Source: the human T2T-CHM13v2.0 reference genome, Homo sapiens. Taken from it: a stretch of 64,000 bases of DNA. The notes under the pieces are model-generated. The model did not search any database. It was not told where the DNA came from and saw only the letters and a list, made by a program, of their open reading frames with translations. Numbering within the stretch: the stretch's first letter is position 1; the number at the start of each line of letters is the position of its first letter. The translations under genes and the position numbers were made by a program. Below, piece after piece: positions 1-18,613 of this stretch. The stretch is taken from assembly GCF_009914755.1 (NCBI RefSeq), contig NC_060926.1; one strand, 5' to 3'.

Positions 1-269
1 CCATCTCAGCTCGCTGCAACCTCTGCCTCCCAGGTTCAAGCGATTCTCCTGCTCAGCCTCCTGAGTAGCTGGCATAATAGGCGTGCACCACTACCTGGCT
101 AATTTTTGTGTTTTTAGTAGAGACGGGGTTTCACCATGTTGGTCAGGCTGGTCTCAAACTCCCGATCTCAGGTGATCTGCCTGCTTCAGCCTCCCAAAGT
201 ACTGGGATCACAGGCATGAGCCACCGCACCCGGCCTACACTTGTATTCTATTTTTTTTTTTTTTTTTGA

Positions 270-428
<159 letters not shown>

Positions 429-1398
429 TAGTAGAGACGGCGGGGGGGGGGGTTTCTCCATGTTGGTCAGGCTGGTCTCGAACTCCCAACCTCAGGTGAT
501 CTGCCCGCCTCAGCCTCCCAAAGTGCTGGGATTACAGGCGTGAGCCACCATGCCCAGACTATACTTGTATTCTTAAAATAACTGGCGCCAGGCGCGGTGG
601 CTCACACTAGTAATCCTAGCACTTTGGGAGGCCGAGGCGGGTGGATTGCCTGAGCTCAGGAGTTCGAGACCAACCTGGGCAACACAGTGAAACCCCGTCT
701 CTACTAAAATACAAAAAATTAGTTGGGTGTGGCGGCGTGGGCCTGTAATCCCAGCTACTCAGGAGGCTGAGACAGGAGAATCACTTGAACCTGAGAGGCA
801 GAGGTTTCAGTGAGCTGAGACCCCACCACTGCACCCTAGCTTGGGCAACAGAACGAGAGTCCATCTCAAAAAATAAAAAAAAAAATAAATACAATAACTG
901 GCTGGGTGTGGTGGCTCATGCCTGTAATCCCAACACTTTGAAAGGCCGAGGTGGGAGGATCACTTGAGGTCAGGAGTTGGAAACCAGCCTGGCAACATGG
1001 CGAAAACCCATCTCTGCTAAAAATACAAAAATTAGCTGGATGTGGTGGCACGTGCCTGTAATCCCAGCTACTCGGGAGGCTGAGGCGGGAGATCGCTTGA
1101 GGCTGGGAGGTGGAGGTTGCAATGACCCAAGATCTCGAGTTCGTGCCACTGCACTCCAGCCTGGGTGACACAGTGAGACTGTCTCGAAAAAGAAAATAAT
1201 GAAAGAGAGATAATCTTTAGGTGTTTTTCTTCTATTAATACTTCAGTGATAATAAGCACACCCAATTCTCTGGTTGGCCATCTTCTAAGAAGCACTGCTG
1301 CTTGATTTCAGTGCCAAGTTTGCATTTAAGTTTACAGTTCACTGGTTCCATGTGCCACTACTATTTTTTCTTTCTTTCTTTCTTTCTTTTTTTTTTAA

Positions 1399-1503
<105 letters not shown>

Positions 1504-2029
1504 TGAGTAGCTGGGACTATAGGCATGCACCACCACGTCCGGCTAATTTTTGTATTTTTAGTAGAGACGGGAGTTTCACCATATTGGCCAGGCTGGTCTA
1601 GAACTCCTGACCTTGTGATCTGCCCTCCTTGGCCTCCCAAAGTGCTGGAATTACAGGCGTGAGCCACCACGCCCGGCCTCCGGCTAATTTTTTGTACTTT
1701 TAGTAGAGACGGGACTTTCACCATATTGGCCAGGCTGGTCTAGAACTCCTGACCTTGTGATCTGCCCTCCTTGGCCTCCCAAAGTGCTGGAATTACAGGC
1801 GTGAGCCACCACACCCGGCCTCCGGCTAATTTTTTGTACTTTTAGTAGAGACGGGATTTCACCGTGTTAGCCAGGATGGTCTCGATCTCCTGACCTCGTG
1901 ATCTGCCCGCCTCAGCCTCCTCAAGTGCTGGGATTACAGGCGTGAGCCACCGCGCCTGTCCCACGAGTTGTATTGTCTTGACCCAGTGATTAGGAGAGGC
2001 TCTGGGCCGGGCACAGTGGCGCACGCCTA

Positions 2030-2368
<339 letters not shown>

Positions 2369-2476
2369 TCACTGTGGGAAAAAGGGTTTTGCAATTGACC
2401 AAATTGAAGTCAGGGGCAGGAAGAATTAAACCATCCCAGGGAACGTGATAGCACAGGGGTAGAAGCAAGATAACTC

Positions 2477-2787
<311 letters not shown>

Positions 2788-3094
2788 GAGAACTCTTGCC
2801 ATAGCAGAGCTCTCCATTCATTTAGCAAAGAGCAGGTTTCCATCAAAACGATATCAATCATCGTACTAAATTAATTTGAATTATACTAGGTTGAAGTTTT
2901 AAAGTTTTGCTTGAAAATAACTTATAAAGGGCTGGGTGCGGTGGCTCATGCCTATAATCCCAGCACTTTGGGAAGCCGAGGTGGGCGGATCACGAGGTCA
3001 GGAGATCGAGACCATCCTGGCTAATATGGTGAAACCCTGTCTCTACAAAAAAAAAAAAAAAAAAAATACAAAAAATTAGCCGGGCATAGTGTCA

Positions 3095-3310
<216 letters not shown>

Positions 3311-3344
3311 CTATTTGTACATCTTTAAGTAACATTTAAAAGAA

Positions 3345-3908
<564 letters not shown>

Positions 3909-3934
3909 TGAGACCAGCCTGACCAGCGTGGTCA

Positions 3935-4180
<246 letters not shown>

Positions 4181-4880
4181 CTAGGGACTGATGAATGAAG
4201 TCAGGTGGCTTGGCAGTAGGACAGACCAAAAGACACTTAGACTTGCCCATGAAGACCTTTGCTAGAGCCTGGGTCCCAAACCATGCCACAGTCAACACCC
4301 ACACCCTGCCAAAACCAGGGGATGCTAGCTCACTGTACATTTCCTCCTTTAATCACACACCTAAGTGTTGTATGAGTAATACCAAGTACAAATAAATGTG
4401 CATTTCCAATCTATTCTGGGGAGGGACATTTAATTTATAGAATCCTTTGAATAAGAACATTGTCAGATATTTACTGAGAATAAGCACAGGCTAATTATAC
4501 TACACAGAATACAAATTGACCCCAAGGTAACGTCTGTGTCTGAATGCTTATCACAACCTCTATCTTTGTGATGAAACTGCTGACTGACATTGTGACCACA
4601 GCAATCCGTTTAATCACGACTCACGATGCCTGATCTTAGGGGTTCTCACACATTGTCATTAGTTAACTGCAGTTTTCAGAACTGAGTAACTGGACTGTAA
4701 AACTATGAATGTTTGACCTTGTAAGAGCATTTACGTTAATCAGATTATAACAAAAGCCAAAGCCATTGATTTTGGAAGAAAGCAACTTACCTCATGGATG
4801 ATTTGCCTGGGATCTCCAGAGCTCTAGGGCTGCCTGTTTGTATCACAGAAACAGAGACAATAACAAGCATGAGATGTGCC

Positions 4881-5038
4881 CAGGCCCGGCATGGTCATAT
4901 AGGGTCCCCCTGCTCAGATGGGCCCCACACTTGGTTTAACATTCTACTGTCACCTCTTGAAATTCTTAACCATTTTTGAACAAGGGGCCCCATGTTTTAA
5001 TTTGGCACTAGGTTCTTGAAATTGTGTAGCTGGTCCTG
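4881..5038 (+). mobile_element. MER91-like hAT DNA transposon relic
   Basis: CAGGCCCGGC...CTTGAAATTCTTAA...TTTTTGAACAAGGGGCCCC...GCTGGTCCTG, with terminal inverted ends CAGG/CCTG. Confidence 0.75.
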
Positions 5039-5871
5039 TGTACAGAGCATTATGGGCACACTAAGAAGGGACCCTTATTCATCTGTGGGGTCCCTTCTTA
5101 GTCACAAGACTTTCAGAAAGAACAGAGTACAGGGAATATCAGGAAATGCAACTGAAGGGTGGGAAAGGGCCAGATCATGAGCACGCTGCATCTCAGGTCA
5201 AAGCCATCAGGACTGCAACTTAGAACCCATGGGCTTTGAGCCAGAGTGGCATGGTCAGATTTGCAAGAGCCATCTTTCTGAGGCTGAGTGCAAAGTAGAT
5301 TTGCAGGGTCCAGCCTAGAGCAGAAAAACTAGTTATGCCGTGATTGCAGTTACCCCGGTGAGAAACGAGGAAGGCCTACATTAGCATAGCAGTCATGGGG
5401 ACAAAGAGTCATGAATGAATCCAGTAAGATTTAGGGGGCAAATTCAGCCAGCCTTAAAGATTGTTGTTAGGGCTGAGGAAGAGGGCGAAGTTAAAAGTGC
5501 CTCCCAGTTATAAAGTCAGCCAGGATAGTAGATAATGGTACTCTACCTAAGACACAATATACATCAGTAAGAGGAAGTTTTGGTGGACAGTTGGAGAATA
5601 GGGGAAATAAGTAAACAATTCAGGATAAGACTTATTTAAGATTCCAGTTTTCACCACATTAATCTATACATTCAACACAATCCCACAACCAAAATCTCAG
5701 TAATCTTTTTTTTGATAGAAGTTGACAAGCTGATTCTAAAATGTATATAGGAATGCAAAGTGTTTTTTCTCAAAACACTTTAAAAAAGAACAAAGTCAGG
5801 CCAGGCATGGTGGCTCACGCCTGTAATCCCAGCACTTTGGGAGGCTGAGGGGGGTGGATCACCTGAGGTCA

Positions 5872-6117
<246 letters not shown>

Positions 6118-6380
6118 TCAGAGGACTTACCTTGCCTCATTTCAAGACATACTACAAAGCAACAGTAATGAATTATGCACTTTTAGTTTGAGAATCTACA
6201 AACAGATCATAAAAATAATAAAGAGCTCAGGAGTCTATTCCAATTTATGTAGTTATCCGATTTTCAACAAAAGCACCAAAGCAATCCAATGGGGAAGGAA
6301 AATGCTTTTCAACAAATGGTACTGGGATTTACTGTGTATCTGTATGGCTGAAAGTGGACCGTGAGTCCTACTTCATATCA

Positions 6381-6986
<606 letters not shown>

Positions 6987-7372
6987 TGATCCCCCGGCCT
7001 TGGCCTCCCAAAGTGCTGGGATTACAGGCGTAAGCCACCGTGCCTGGCCCGAAAAGGTTTTTAGAGGAAAACCTAGGAGGATATCTGTGTGACTTGGGGA
7101 ATAGGCGGAGATGTCGTATGTCACAGAAAGCAACAATTGTAAGAGTTGTTAAATTGGACTTCATCAAAATGAAAAACTTTTGATCATCAAAAGACATAAT
7201 TAAGAAAATAGGAGCTGAGGCCGGGAGCAGTGGCTCACGCCTGTGATCCCAGCACTTTGGCAGGCAGAGGTGGGCGGATCACGAGGTCAGGAGTTTGAGA
7301 CCAGTTGGACAAATATGGTGAAACCCTGTCTCTACTAAAAATACAAAAAATTAGCCAGGAACCAGTAGTTTA

Positions 7373-7624
<252 letters not shown>

Positions 7625-7658
7625 CTAACATGGAAAAACCCTGCCTCTACTAAAATTA

Positions 7659-7855
<197 letters not shown>

Positions 7856-8503
7856 CTAGTGCCTGTAGTCCAAGCTACTCAGAAGGCTGAGGCAGGAGGA
7901 TTGCTAGAGCCCAGGAGTTTGAGGCTGCAGTGAGCTATGATGGTGCCACTGCACTGCAGCCTGGGTGACAGAGTGAGACTGTCTCTAACAAAAAAGAAAG
8001 AAAAGAAAATAGGCAAGCTATACACCAGGAGAAAATATTCACAAAGTATGTGTCTGACAAAGGACTAGTATCCAGGATATATATAAAGAATTCCTACAAC
8101 TCAATAATATAAAAGCAATCCAATAAAAAGTATATTAGTGTATTAATAACAATTAGCACATAAAAAATGTCCTCTACATGATTAGTCATTGGGGAAATAA
8201 AAATTAAAACCACAACCAGCTGTCATTACACACATACCTGAATGGTGAAAGTTAAAAATTCTGGCAATACCAAGTGTTGGTAAGGATGGAGATGTACTCA
8301 CACATTGCTGGTGGGTGTGTGAATGAGTGCGATCACTTTGGAAAGCTATTTGGAATTATCTACCTATGTTGAACATATGTATCTCCTATGACCCAGCAAT
8401 TCCGCTCCTAAATACACACTCAACAGAAAAATGTACAGCTGGCCCAGTGTGGTGGCTAACACCGGTAATCCCAGCACTTTGGGAGGCTGAGGCGGGTGGA
8501 TCA

Positions 8504-8912
<409 letters not shown>

Positions 8913-9061
8913 TATTTAAAAATTAAAAATAAAGAAATGTGTGTCTGGGCACGGTGGCTTATGCCTGTAATCCCAGCACTTTGGGAGGCTGAGGCAAGCA
9001 GATCACGAGGTCAGGAGATCGAGACCAGCCTGACCAACATGAAGAAACCCTGTCTCTACTA

Positions 9062-9322
<261 letters not shown>

Positions 9323-9722
9323 CACAATAGCATTATTCAATATAGCCTAGAACTTGAAACAGAAGTCCATCAAAACACACTATGGGACATCAGACAATGA
9401 ATACTGGACAGCAGTGGATGAGAAAGAACAATTGCTACGGCCAAGAAAGTAGAATCTCACAAGCATAACAGACGAAGCCAAGTGAATGGAAGAGCCAACG
9501 GCAGATGATTCTACTTATGACAGGCAGAACTGGTCACTGGTGTGCAGGTCAGCATGGTAGATTCCTTGGGGGGTGGGCAAGGATAGTGACTGGCAGAGGG
9601 CAAGAGGGGGCTTCTGGTCACACTCAGGGCTCATTTTTGACCTGGGTGGTGGCTTCATGGGAATCCCCACTTATGATCTGTCAAGCTTCATACATGTAAT
9701 TTGTTCTCTTTCCTACATATGA

Positions 9723-10061
<339 letters not shown>

Positions 10062-10373
10062 TAGAGCAGTTTTAGAGTTTTGTTCTTCAGAGCAAATTGA
10101 GCAGAAGGTTCTCAAGAGATGTCCCATATACCCACTACCCCTACACACTCACAGCCTCCCCCATGATCAACACCATCCACCAGAGTGACACATTTGCTAT
10201 AGTGGAGGGACCTACACTGACAAGTCATTATCACCCGAAGGCCACAGTTTACATCAGGTTTCACTCTTGGTGCTATATATTCTGTGGCTGTGACAAATAT
10301 ACGATGACATGTATCCACCATGACAGTATCATATAGATCTTCTGTGTCTGCCCATTCATCCCTACCCACCTGA

Positions 10374-10706
<333 letters not shown>

Positions 10707-10744
10707 TGAAAATAGATGGAATCTTTCTGGGACAATGTAGAAAT

Positions 10745-10915
10745 GAAGCTTCTTAATTTGGAGTTCACGACACTTAGGGGGACCCTCAAACCCCTTCATG
10801 ATGTTGTATGGAAAAAATCATATGTATGTATTATGTGCACTTATTTTTTTCTGGGAAGAGTGACCAGCAGAGAATCAAAGGAGTCTATGACCCCAGAAAA
10901 CGTTCTGACCCTCTG
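10745..10915 (+). mobile_element. MER103-like hAT-Charlie relic
   Basis: TTTTTCTGGGAAGAG...TCAAAGGAGTCTATGACCCC...GACCCTCTG resembles the recalled MER103C consensus. Confidence 0.55.
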
Positions 10916-11356
10916 GTGTGGAGTGAGGGAGCAGTGGGCGAGAATGGAGACTCAGGTCAAGCACACCTGAAGGGCAGTCAGGGAACCAGCACGGGAAAGG
11001 AGCCAGGCAGGGAGTGGGCACGGATGCAGGGAGGGTGGGGGTGCTCTGAGTCATGGAAGTCACAAGAGGGGGTGGCTCCGGAAGAGAAGATCAAGGAAGG
11101 AGAAATAGAGCAGGGAGGACTAATCAATATGGCAGAACCCTCTCACTGGGCTCACAAAGGAGAAGAGTGTGGCTTCCAAGGCAGTGGCAGGGGAAGAAAC
11201 CAGGCTGTGGAGGGCTGAGGAGGGCGTGGCACCCACCCGCACTTGCTTTCCCTAAGCCATGCGGTTTCTTAGCGCTGGGCACTGCATTTTCTGTTCCCAG
11301 GGCCCCTCATGCTCTTCCCTCCACTCCTTACATATCTGGATCATTCCAAACTTTCA

Positions 11357-11644
<288 letters not shown>

Positions 11645-14187
11645 TCAAAAATAAATAAAGAAATAAACTTTCAGGCACTGTTGTTGCTTCAGAAAGAACA
11701 CTCACTGAAGTGCATTTTCTCAGTTTCTGTCAGTCTCTTTCTCTCTCTCTTTTTTTTTTTTTTTTTGAGATGGGGACTCACTATGTTGCCCATGCTGGTC
11801 TCAAATGATGTCCCACCCTTCCCCACTTTGGCCTCCCAAAGTGCTGGGATTACAGGTGTGAGACCCCATGTCCCGCCTGCTCAGTCTCGTTGCCTCTTTT
11901 TATCTTCTTCATAGGACTTTAAAAGAATGTGTGCGCTTCTCATTTTTAGTTACCTATCTGCTTGCCGATTTCCTCCCTTCTGCACTGGAATGTAGGCTTC
12001 AGGAGGTCGGCGGCCTTGTCTGTCCTGTTTTCCTGGCTCTCCCCAGCCATGAGCCTGATGCACGTGCAGGTAGGTCCTCCCCTGTCAGGGGAGTGCATGT
12101 ATGTGCAGGCAGGTGCTGACGACTGTGATGAGGCCTCCCTTCTGAGGAGGTGAGATGCACAGGGAAGGAGAGAGATTAGATGACGGCTGATGGGCATCAG
12201 GGACCAAGGAGGATGGGCGTTAGGACAGAAGGCAGTGGTGCATGTTTGCCAGCTGAGGGGAGGGGTCAATCTAATGAGTCTGAAGATAAAAGAAAATGAG
12301 GAGATAGCTGATGGGGAGCTGGGGAGGATTCTGTGTCCAAACAGGAGGTGGTAATGACCTTGAACCACAGGTGCTGCATCCCCTGAGCTAAGAAGAAAGA
12401 GGCAACCTTGGGAGAGGGTGATATTGTGATATAACAAAAAATGTAGCCAGGCACAGCGGCTCACGCCGGTCATCCCAGCACTTTAGGAGGCTGAGGTGAA
12501 AGCATCATTTGAGGCCAGGAGTTCGAGACCAGCTTAGGCAACATAGTGAGACCCCCATCTCTACAAAAAATAAAAAAAATAGGCAGGCAAGGTGCCTGTA
12601 ACCCCAGGTACTCAGAAGGCTGAGGTGGGAGAATCCCTTGAGTCCTGTGCTCCAGCCTGGGTGACAGAGGAAGACCCTGTCTCAAAAAAAAAAAAAAAAA
12701 AATGCTGAGCTAGGCTGGGGTTCTGCTGAAACAAGGTGAGGCACAGAGAAGGAAAGGTGCTGATGAGAGGGAGGTTCAGGCAGCCTGGGGTTCAGGCTTG
12801 GCTGGAAGAGAAACAGGACCAGGAGGAGGTGATGGGGTGGCAGGGAGCAGAGGCGGTGTGTGAGTTAAGGGGAAGGTGTGGTGGGAGGCAGGCATGGGGG
12901 ATGGAGGTGGGGTCAGAGAGTGGGGTACTTGTATTCAAGATTTCAGGGGCGGAGCAGTTTCAGGTGATGACAAGGTACAGGGTGTGGCACAGGAGTGGGC
13001 ACCTGAAGGGAGAGAAAAGGGAAGGCCTTGGAGTGGAGGAAGTGAAGGTGCACAGAGGCGGCCATCCGGTGTCCTCCACGGGGCACTGAAGCCACCCTTC
13101 TTGGGCTGGAGCGAAATACTGCTCTAAAGCTAGATGCCTGAGTATTCACCGCGCAATGGGGAGTGGGCAGGTGTTAACATTCATTCATTCATCGTTCATT
13201 TGTTCATTCGGGGAAATAGTTACTGTTTATTAGCTTTACCATGTGGTGAGCCAGGCAGATGCAGATGCTTCCCTAGTGGATCTGACCATCTCCTGCGAAC
13301 CCATCGTTGCAGACACACATGACTTTCTCTGCTCCCTTCCTAGGAGGGGCAGAGGGTGTTCAGCAGGATGGCAGGAGCCCTGGGGAGCAGGGGCTTCTAC
13401 ACAAGTGTGGAGGTATCGGGGTCTGGCAGCAGCAGCCTGGAGGGTGGAGACCTGCAGTTGCCCACAGCATCCTCAGGTGAGGGCTATGGCAGGGGGTGGA
13501 GGCAAGTGGATGATGTTGCAGAGTCTGTTTACTCCAGAAGATGGCTCCAGGGAGCTGCAGGGCTTTAGGATCTAGGGAGGACAAAGGCAGATTGGGAAGA
13601 AGCAGAGGTTCCCGGGAAGCAGACGGGAGGTATGGTCTACAACATGAGGGCCCCCCCGCATCAAACTCCACATTCTTGGGCAACTTCCACAATGCTCACG
13701 AGGCTCAGGCTCGCACCCAACCCAGACCCACAGATGCCTTTGACACCCTCTGCCCCTCCTAGGAAGGGACCAGTGCTCCCCTGTTTCTACTGACATCTCA
13801 AAAGTCCTACCTTGTATGCTGTCATAAGTTGCAATGGCTTCCCTCTGCCAATAGACTCAGCAGGCTTCCACCAAACAGGATACCTGGAGAAAACCAGTGC
13901 TGTTATTCCATGGCTTTTGTGTGGTTGAGAACCATTATTCCTTCACAATATTCAAATCCAAAATTCCCTATTCTCATAGCACCCATTTCCCAAGTGGATA
14001 CACCTTAAAAATGATGTGTGCTGAAAAGAAAAGATGCTGTTATTTCCTGATGCTGTATTCCATCCATCTATCAGTGTGCTACTCCCGCCAAATAAATCCC
14101 AGGGGAGAGCGAAGGAGGTCACTCACATTAGCATAAATGTTCATAGGTGAAACCATGAACATAAGTGGGATCTTGAAAACCTCTTTA

Positions 14188-14553
<366 letters not shown>

Positions 14554-15635
14554 CTAAAGTTATTAATCACAGTGTGTGTTCTCTGAATTTTAAGTTTCTG
14601 CAATGTTTATCAACTATTGGCAAATTAAGCGCATATTATTTATGGCAATGAGCAATATATATTTTCCAAATAGTTAAACATTTGATATACTTACTAAAGA
14701 ATTAAAAATCACAATGTTTATCAAAATAATTATAAGAATTCACATATTAACCAAACATTTGCCGACAACCTACTTTATGCCAGGCGTGGTGCTGGGCATT
14801 AATATAGAGCTGAGGAAGGGAATGCCCTCTAGTAGCTCGCAGTGTGAGATCAGACAGATGAGGAATCCAGGACTTTGGGATCAGGCACTAAAGCTGTGAT
14901 AGAGGGATGGGAGATGCCAGGGGCGGAAGCCCAAATGAGGATCAAGAATGGTTTCAAGGGCAGGTCATGCTTGAGCTGACTTGATTTTTTTTTTTAATTA
15001 AAACATTTTTAAAAATTATTTTATTTTTTCAGACGTGGTCTCACTATGTTGTCCAGAGGCTGGTCTCAAACTCATGAACTCAAGCGATCTGTCTGCCTTG
15101 GCCTCCCAAAGTGTTGGGATTATAGGTGTGAGCCACCGTGCCCGGCCATGTACCCCTGAACTTAAAATAAAAGTTATAAATAGGCTAGGTGCCCTGGCTT
15201 ATGCCTGTAATTCCAGCACTTTGGGAGGCCAAGGCAGAAGGATTGCTTGACCCCAGAAATTCAAAACCAGTCTAGGCAACATAGTGAGACCCTGCTCCAT
15301 TAAAAAAAAGAAGACATAAGTAGGTTAGTCAGGTGTAGGGGTATGCACCTATATGTGGTCCCAGCCACTCAGGAAGCTGAGGTGGGAGGAGGATCACTTG
15401 AGCCTAGAAGGTCGAGGCTGCAGCAGTGAGCCATGATCCTGCCACTGCATTCCATCCTGGGTGACAGAGCAAGACCCTGTCTCAAACAAACAAACAAACA
15501 AAAACAAAAAAAAAACCACCCATAAGTAAGGATGGGAACAGTGATGGGGAGAAGGGGACTAGAATGAGAGGGAGGAACTTGGGGGTCTGCAGGTCACCAT
15601 AAAAAGAAGGGTAAAGGGCGGTTTGTCCACACGTC

Positions 15636-16332
15636 GCTGCCCAACACAGTAGCACCATCCGTGTAGTCAATTTAAATTAATGCAAATATTAAGGCTGAGC
15701 CTGGTAGCGTGCCCCTGTGGTACCAGCTACTCAGGAGAGGCCTCAGATGGGAGGACCACTTGAGCCCAGGAGGACAAGGCTGCAGTGGGCTGTGATTGCA
15801 CCACTGCACACCAGCCTGGGCAACAGAATGAGACCTTGTCTCAAAAACTAAATTAATTGGCCAGGCACAGTGGCTCAAGCCTGTAATCTCAACACTTTGG
15901 GAGGCCAAAGCGGGAGGATTGCTTGAGCTCAGAAGTTTGAGACCAGCCTAGGCAATGTGGCAAGACCCTGTCTCTACCAAAATATACAAAAATAAGCCAG
16001 GTGTGGTGGCATGTGCCTATAGTCCCAGCTGCTCGGGAGGCTGAGGTGGGAGGATGGCTTGTGCCTGGGATGCCGAGGTTGCAGTGAGATCACACCACTG
16101 CACTCCAGCCTAGGCCACATAGCGAAACTCTGTCTCCAAAATAATTAAATAAATAAACTTATCTAATTAATGAATTTAAAAAAATCAAGTAATGAAAATT
16201 AAATGAAATGTAAAACTGTTCCTTAGTTTCTCCAGCCTCCTTCAGGTGCACATGTGGCCAATGGCTTCCGTATTGGGCAGTGCCGTTATAAAGCATTCCA
16301 GTCATCACAGAGAGTTCTATTGGCCAGGGCTG
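15636..16332 (-). mobile_element. MER3 DNA transposon split by two Alus
   Basis: Reverse complement reads CCAATAGAACTCTCTGTGATGA...CCAATACGG...GCCACATGTG at 16170-16332; the opposite terminus lies at 15636-15690. Confidence 0.75.
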
Positions 16333-16836
16333 GTCTATGCCGAGATTGGAAGCTAGGGGTGGGGACAAGGGGAGTTAGGGCAGAGTGCGGGAGAAGGGCC
16401 TGATGTGGCAAGATGGAGCAAGGAGAATTGCCCCAGGGCTGGTAGGTGTGGGGACAGGAAACAACCAACCCCTGAGGGGTTCTGAGTAAAACAGTGTCCT
16501 CAGGGGAGTACACAAGGTGGGGAAATTGAAAGAAGTTGGGAGCCAGAGGTTTTGCGGATGAGGGACATGAATGCCAGAGAGCACAGATGAAGGGCGGAGG
16601 GTGGAGGAGGGACAGGAAGAGGGACGGAAGAGGGGGTGTGCTGAGCCGCATGGAGATCAGAGTGAGCAGGGGAGGGTGACCTCGGAGCCCGTGGCTTCCT
16701 GAACTGTCCTCTAGGCAGAGTGGGGCCAGGCTGAGAGCTGGGGGTGGGAACAGGACCACCCTTCTCACTTCTACTAATGGAAGCCTGCCAAAGGGATTTT
16801 CCTGTTGTTGGTTGATAACTTTTTATTTTAACATAA

Positions 16837-16971
<135 letters not shown>

Positions 16972-17978
16972 TGAGTAACTGAGACTACAGGCATGCACCA
17001 CCACACCCAGCTAATTTTTTGTATTTTTTGTAGAGATGAGGTCTTGCCATATTGCCCAGGCCGGTCTCAAACTCCTGGCCTCAAGTGATCTGCCCACTTC
17101 GTCCTCCGGAAGTGCTGAAATTACAGGTGTGAGCCACCGTACCCAGCCTCGTAAATTTCAGCCTTACAGAAAAGTTGTAAGACTAGCACAAGGAACTTCC
17201 ATAGACAGATATGGGTATATGATAGGACTATTATATTGGCATGTAATATATATGACATAGTTCTCTATATCACCTAATATATACTTACAATATGTACTAT
17301 ATATTATATAATGACTTAATTATATGTAGAAAATATTTGAGAGTAAACTGACGTATCTGTTAACTATCCTCTAAACCAGCCTGGAAGCCACCCATTTCTC
17401 CAAGGTTCCCTGGTTCCTTTTAGTGGATGGTGGTATTAGAAACGAAGATCTGGACTACTGGTATATTCAGTGCTACTGGTAAATCATTGCTTCTGAGGTC
17501 TCCCAGCAAACAGAGCTAGTAAATGGTTTATTTCTCTCTCTCTCTCTCTCTCTCTCCCTTCATCCACCCATTTTAAAATCTGGGAGTTTAGACTGGCACC
17601 TCCAGTTTCAGTTCAGCAGCACAGGATTTATTCTAGTTTTCTCCTTTTCCATATTTGGTTTGGGGTTTTATTTTTATTTTTCAGAGAGGAGGTCTTGCTC
17701 TGTCACCCACCCTGGAGTACAGTGATGCAATCATAGCTCACTGCAGCCTCAAACTCCTGGGCTTAAGTGATACTCTTGTATTCAGCTTTCTGAGTAGCTA
17801 GGAATACAGGTGCAAGCCACTGCACCTGGCTAATTTTTATTTTTCGTAGAGTTGGGGGTCTCACTATGTTACTCAGGCTGGTCTTAAACTCATGGCCTCA
17901 AGTGAACCTCCCACCTTGGCCTCCCAAAGCACCGGGATTACAGAGAACGGGACTTTCTCTCTTTTTTTTTCTTTTTGA

Positions 17979-18245
<267 letters not shown>

Positions 18246-18376
18246 TGAGCCACTGTACCCGGCCTGAGAATTGGAATCTGATTTTGAATTTTCTGCTTAA
18301 AATTTAATGATCAGACCGGGCATGGTGGCTCATGCCTGTAATCCCAGCACTTTGGGAAGATGAGGCGGGCGGATCA

Positions 18377-18613
<237 letters not shown>

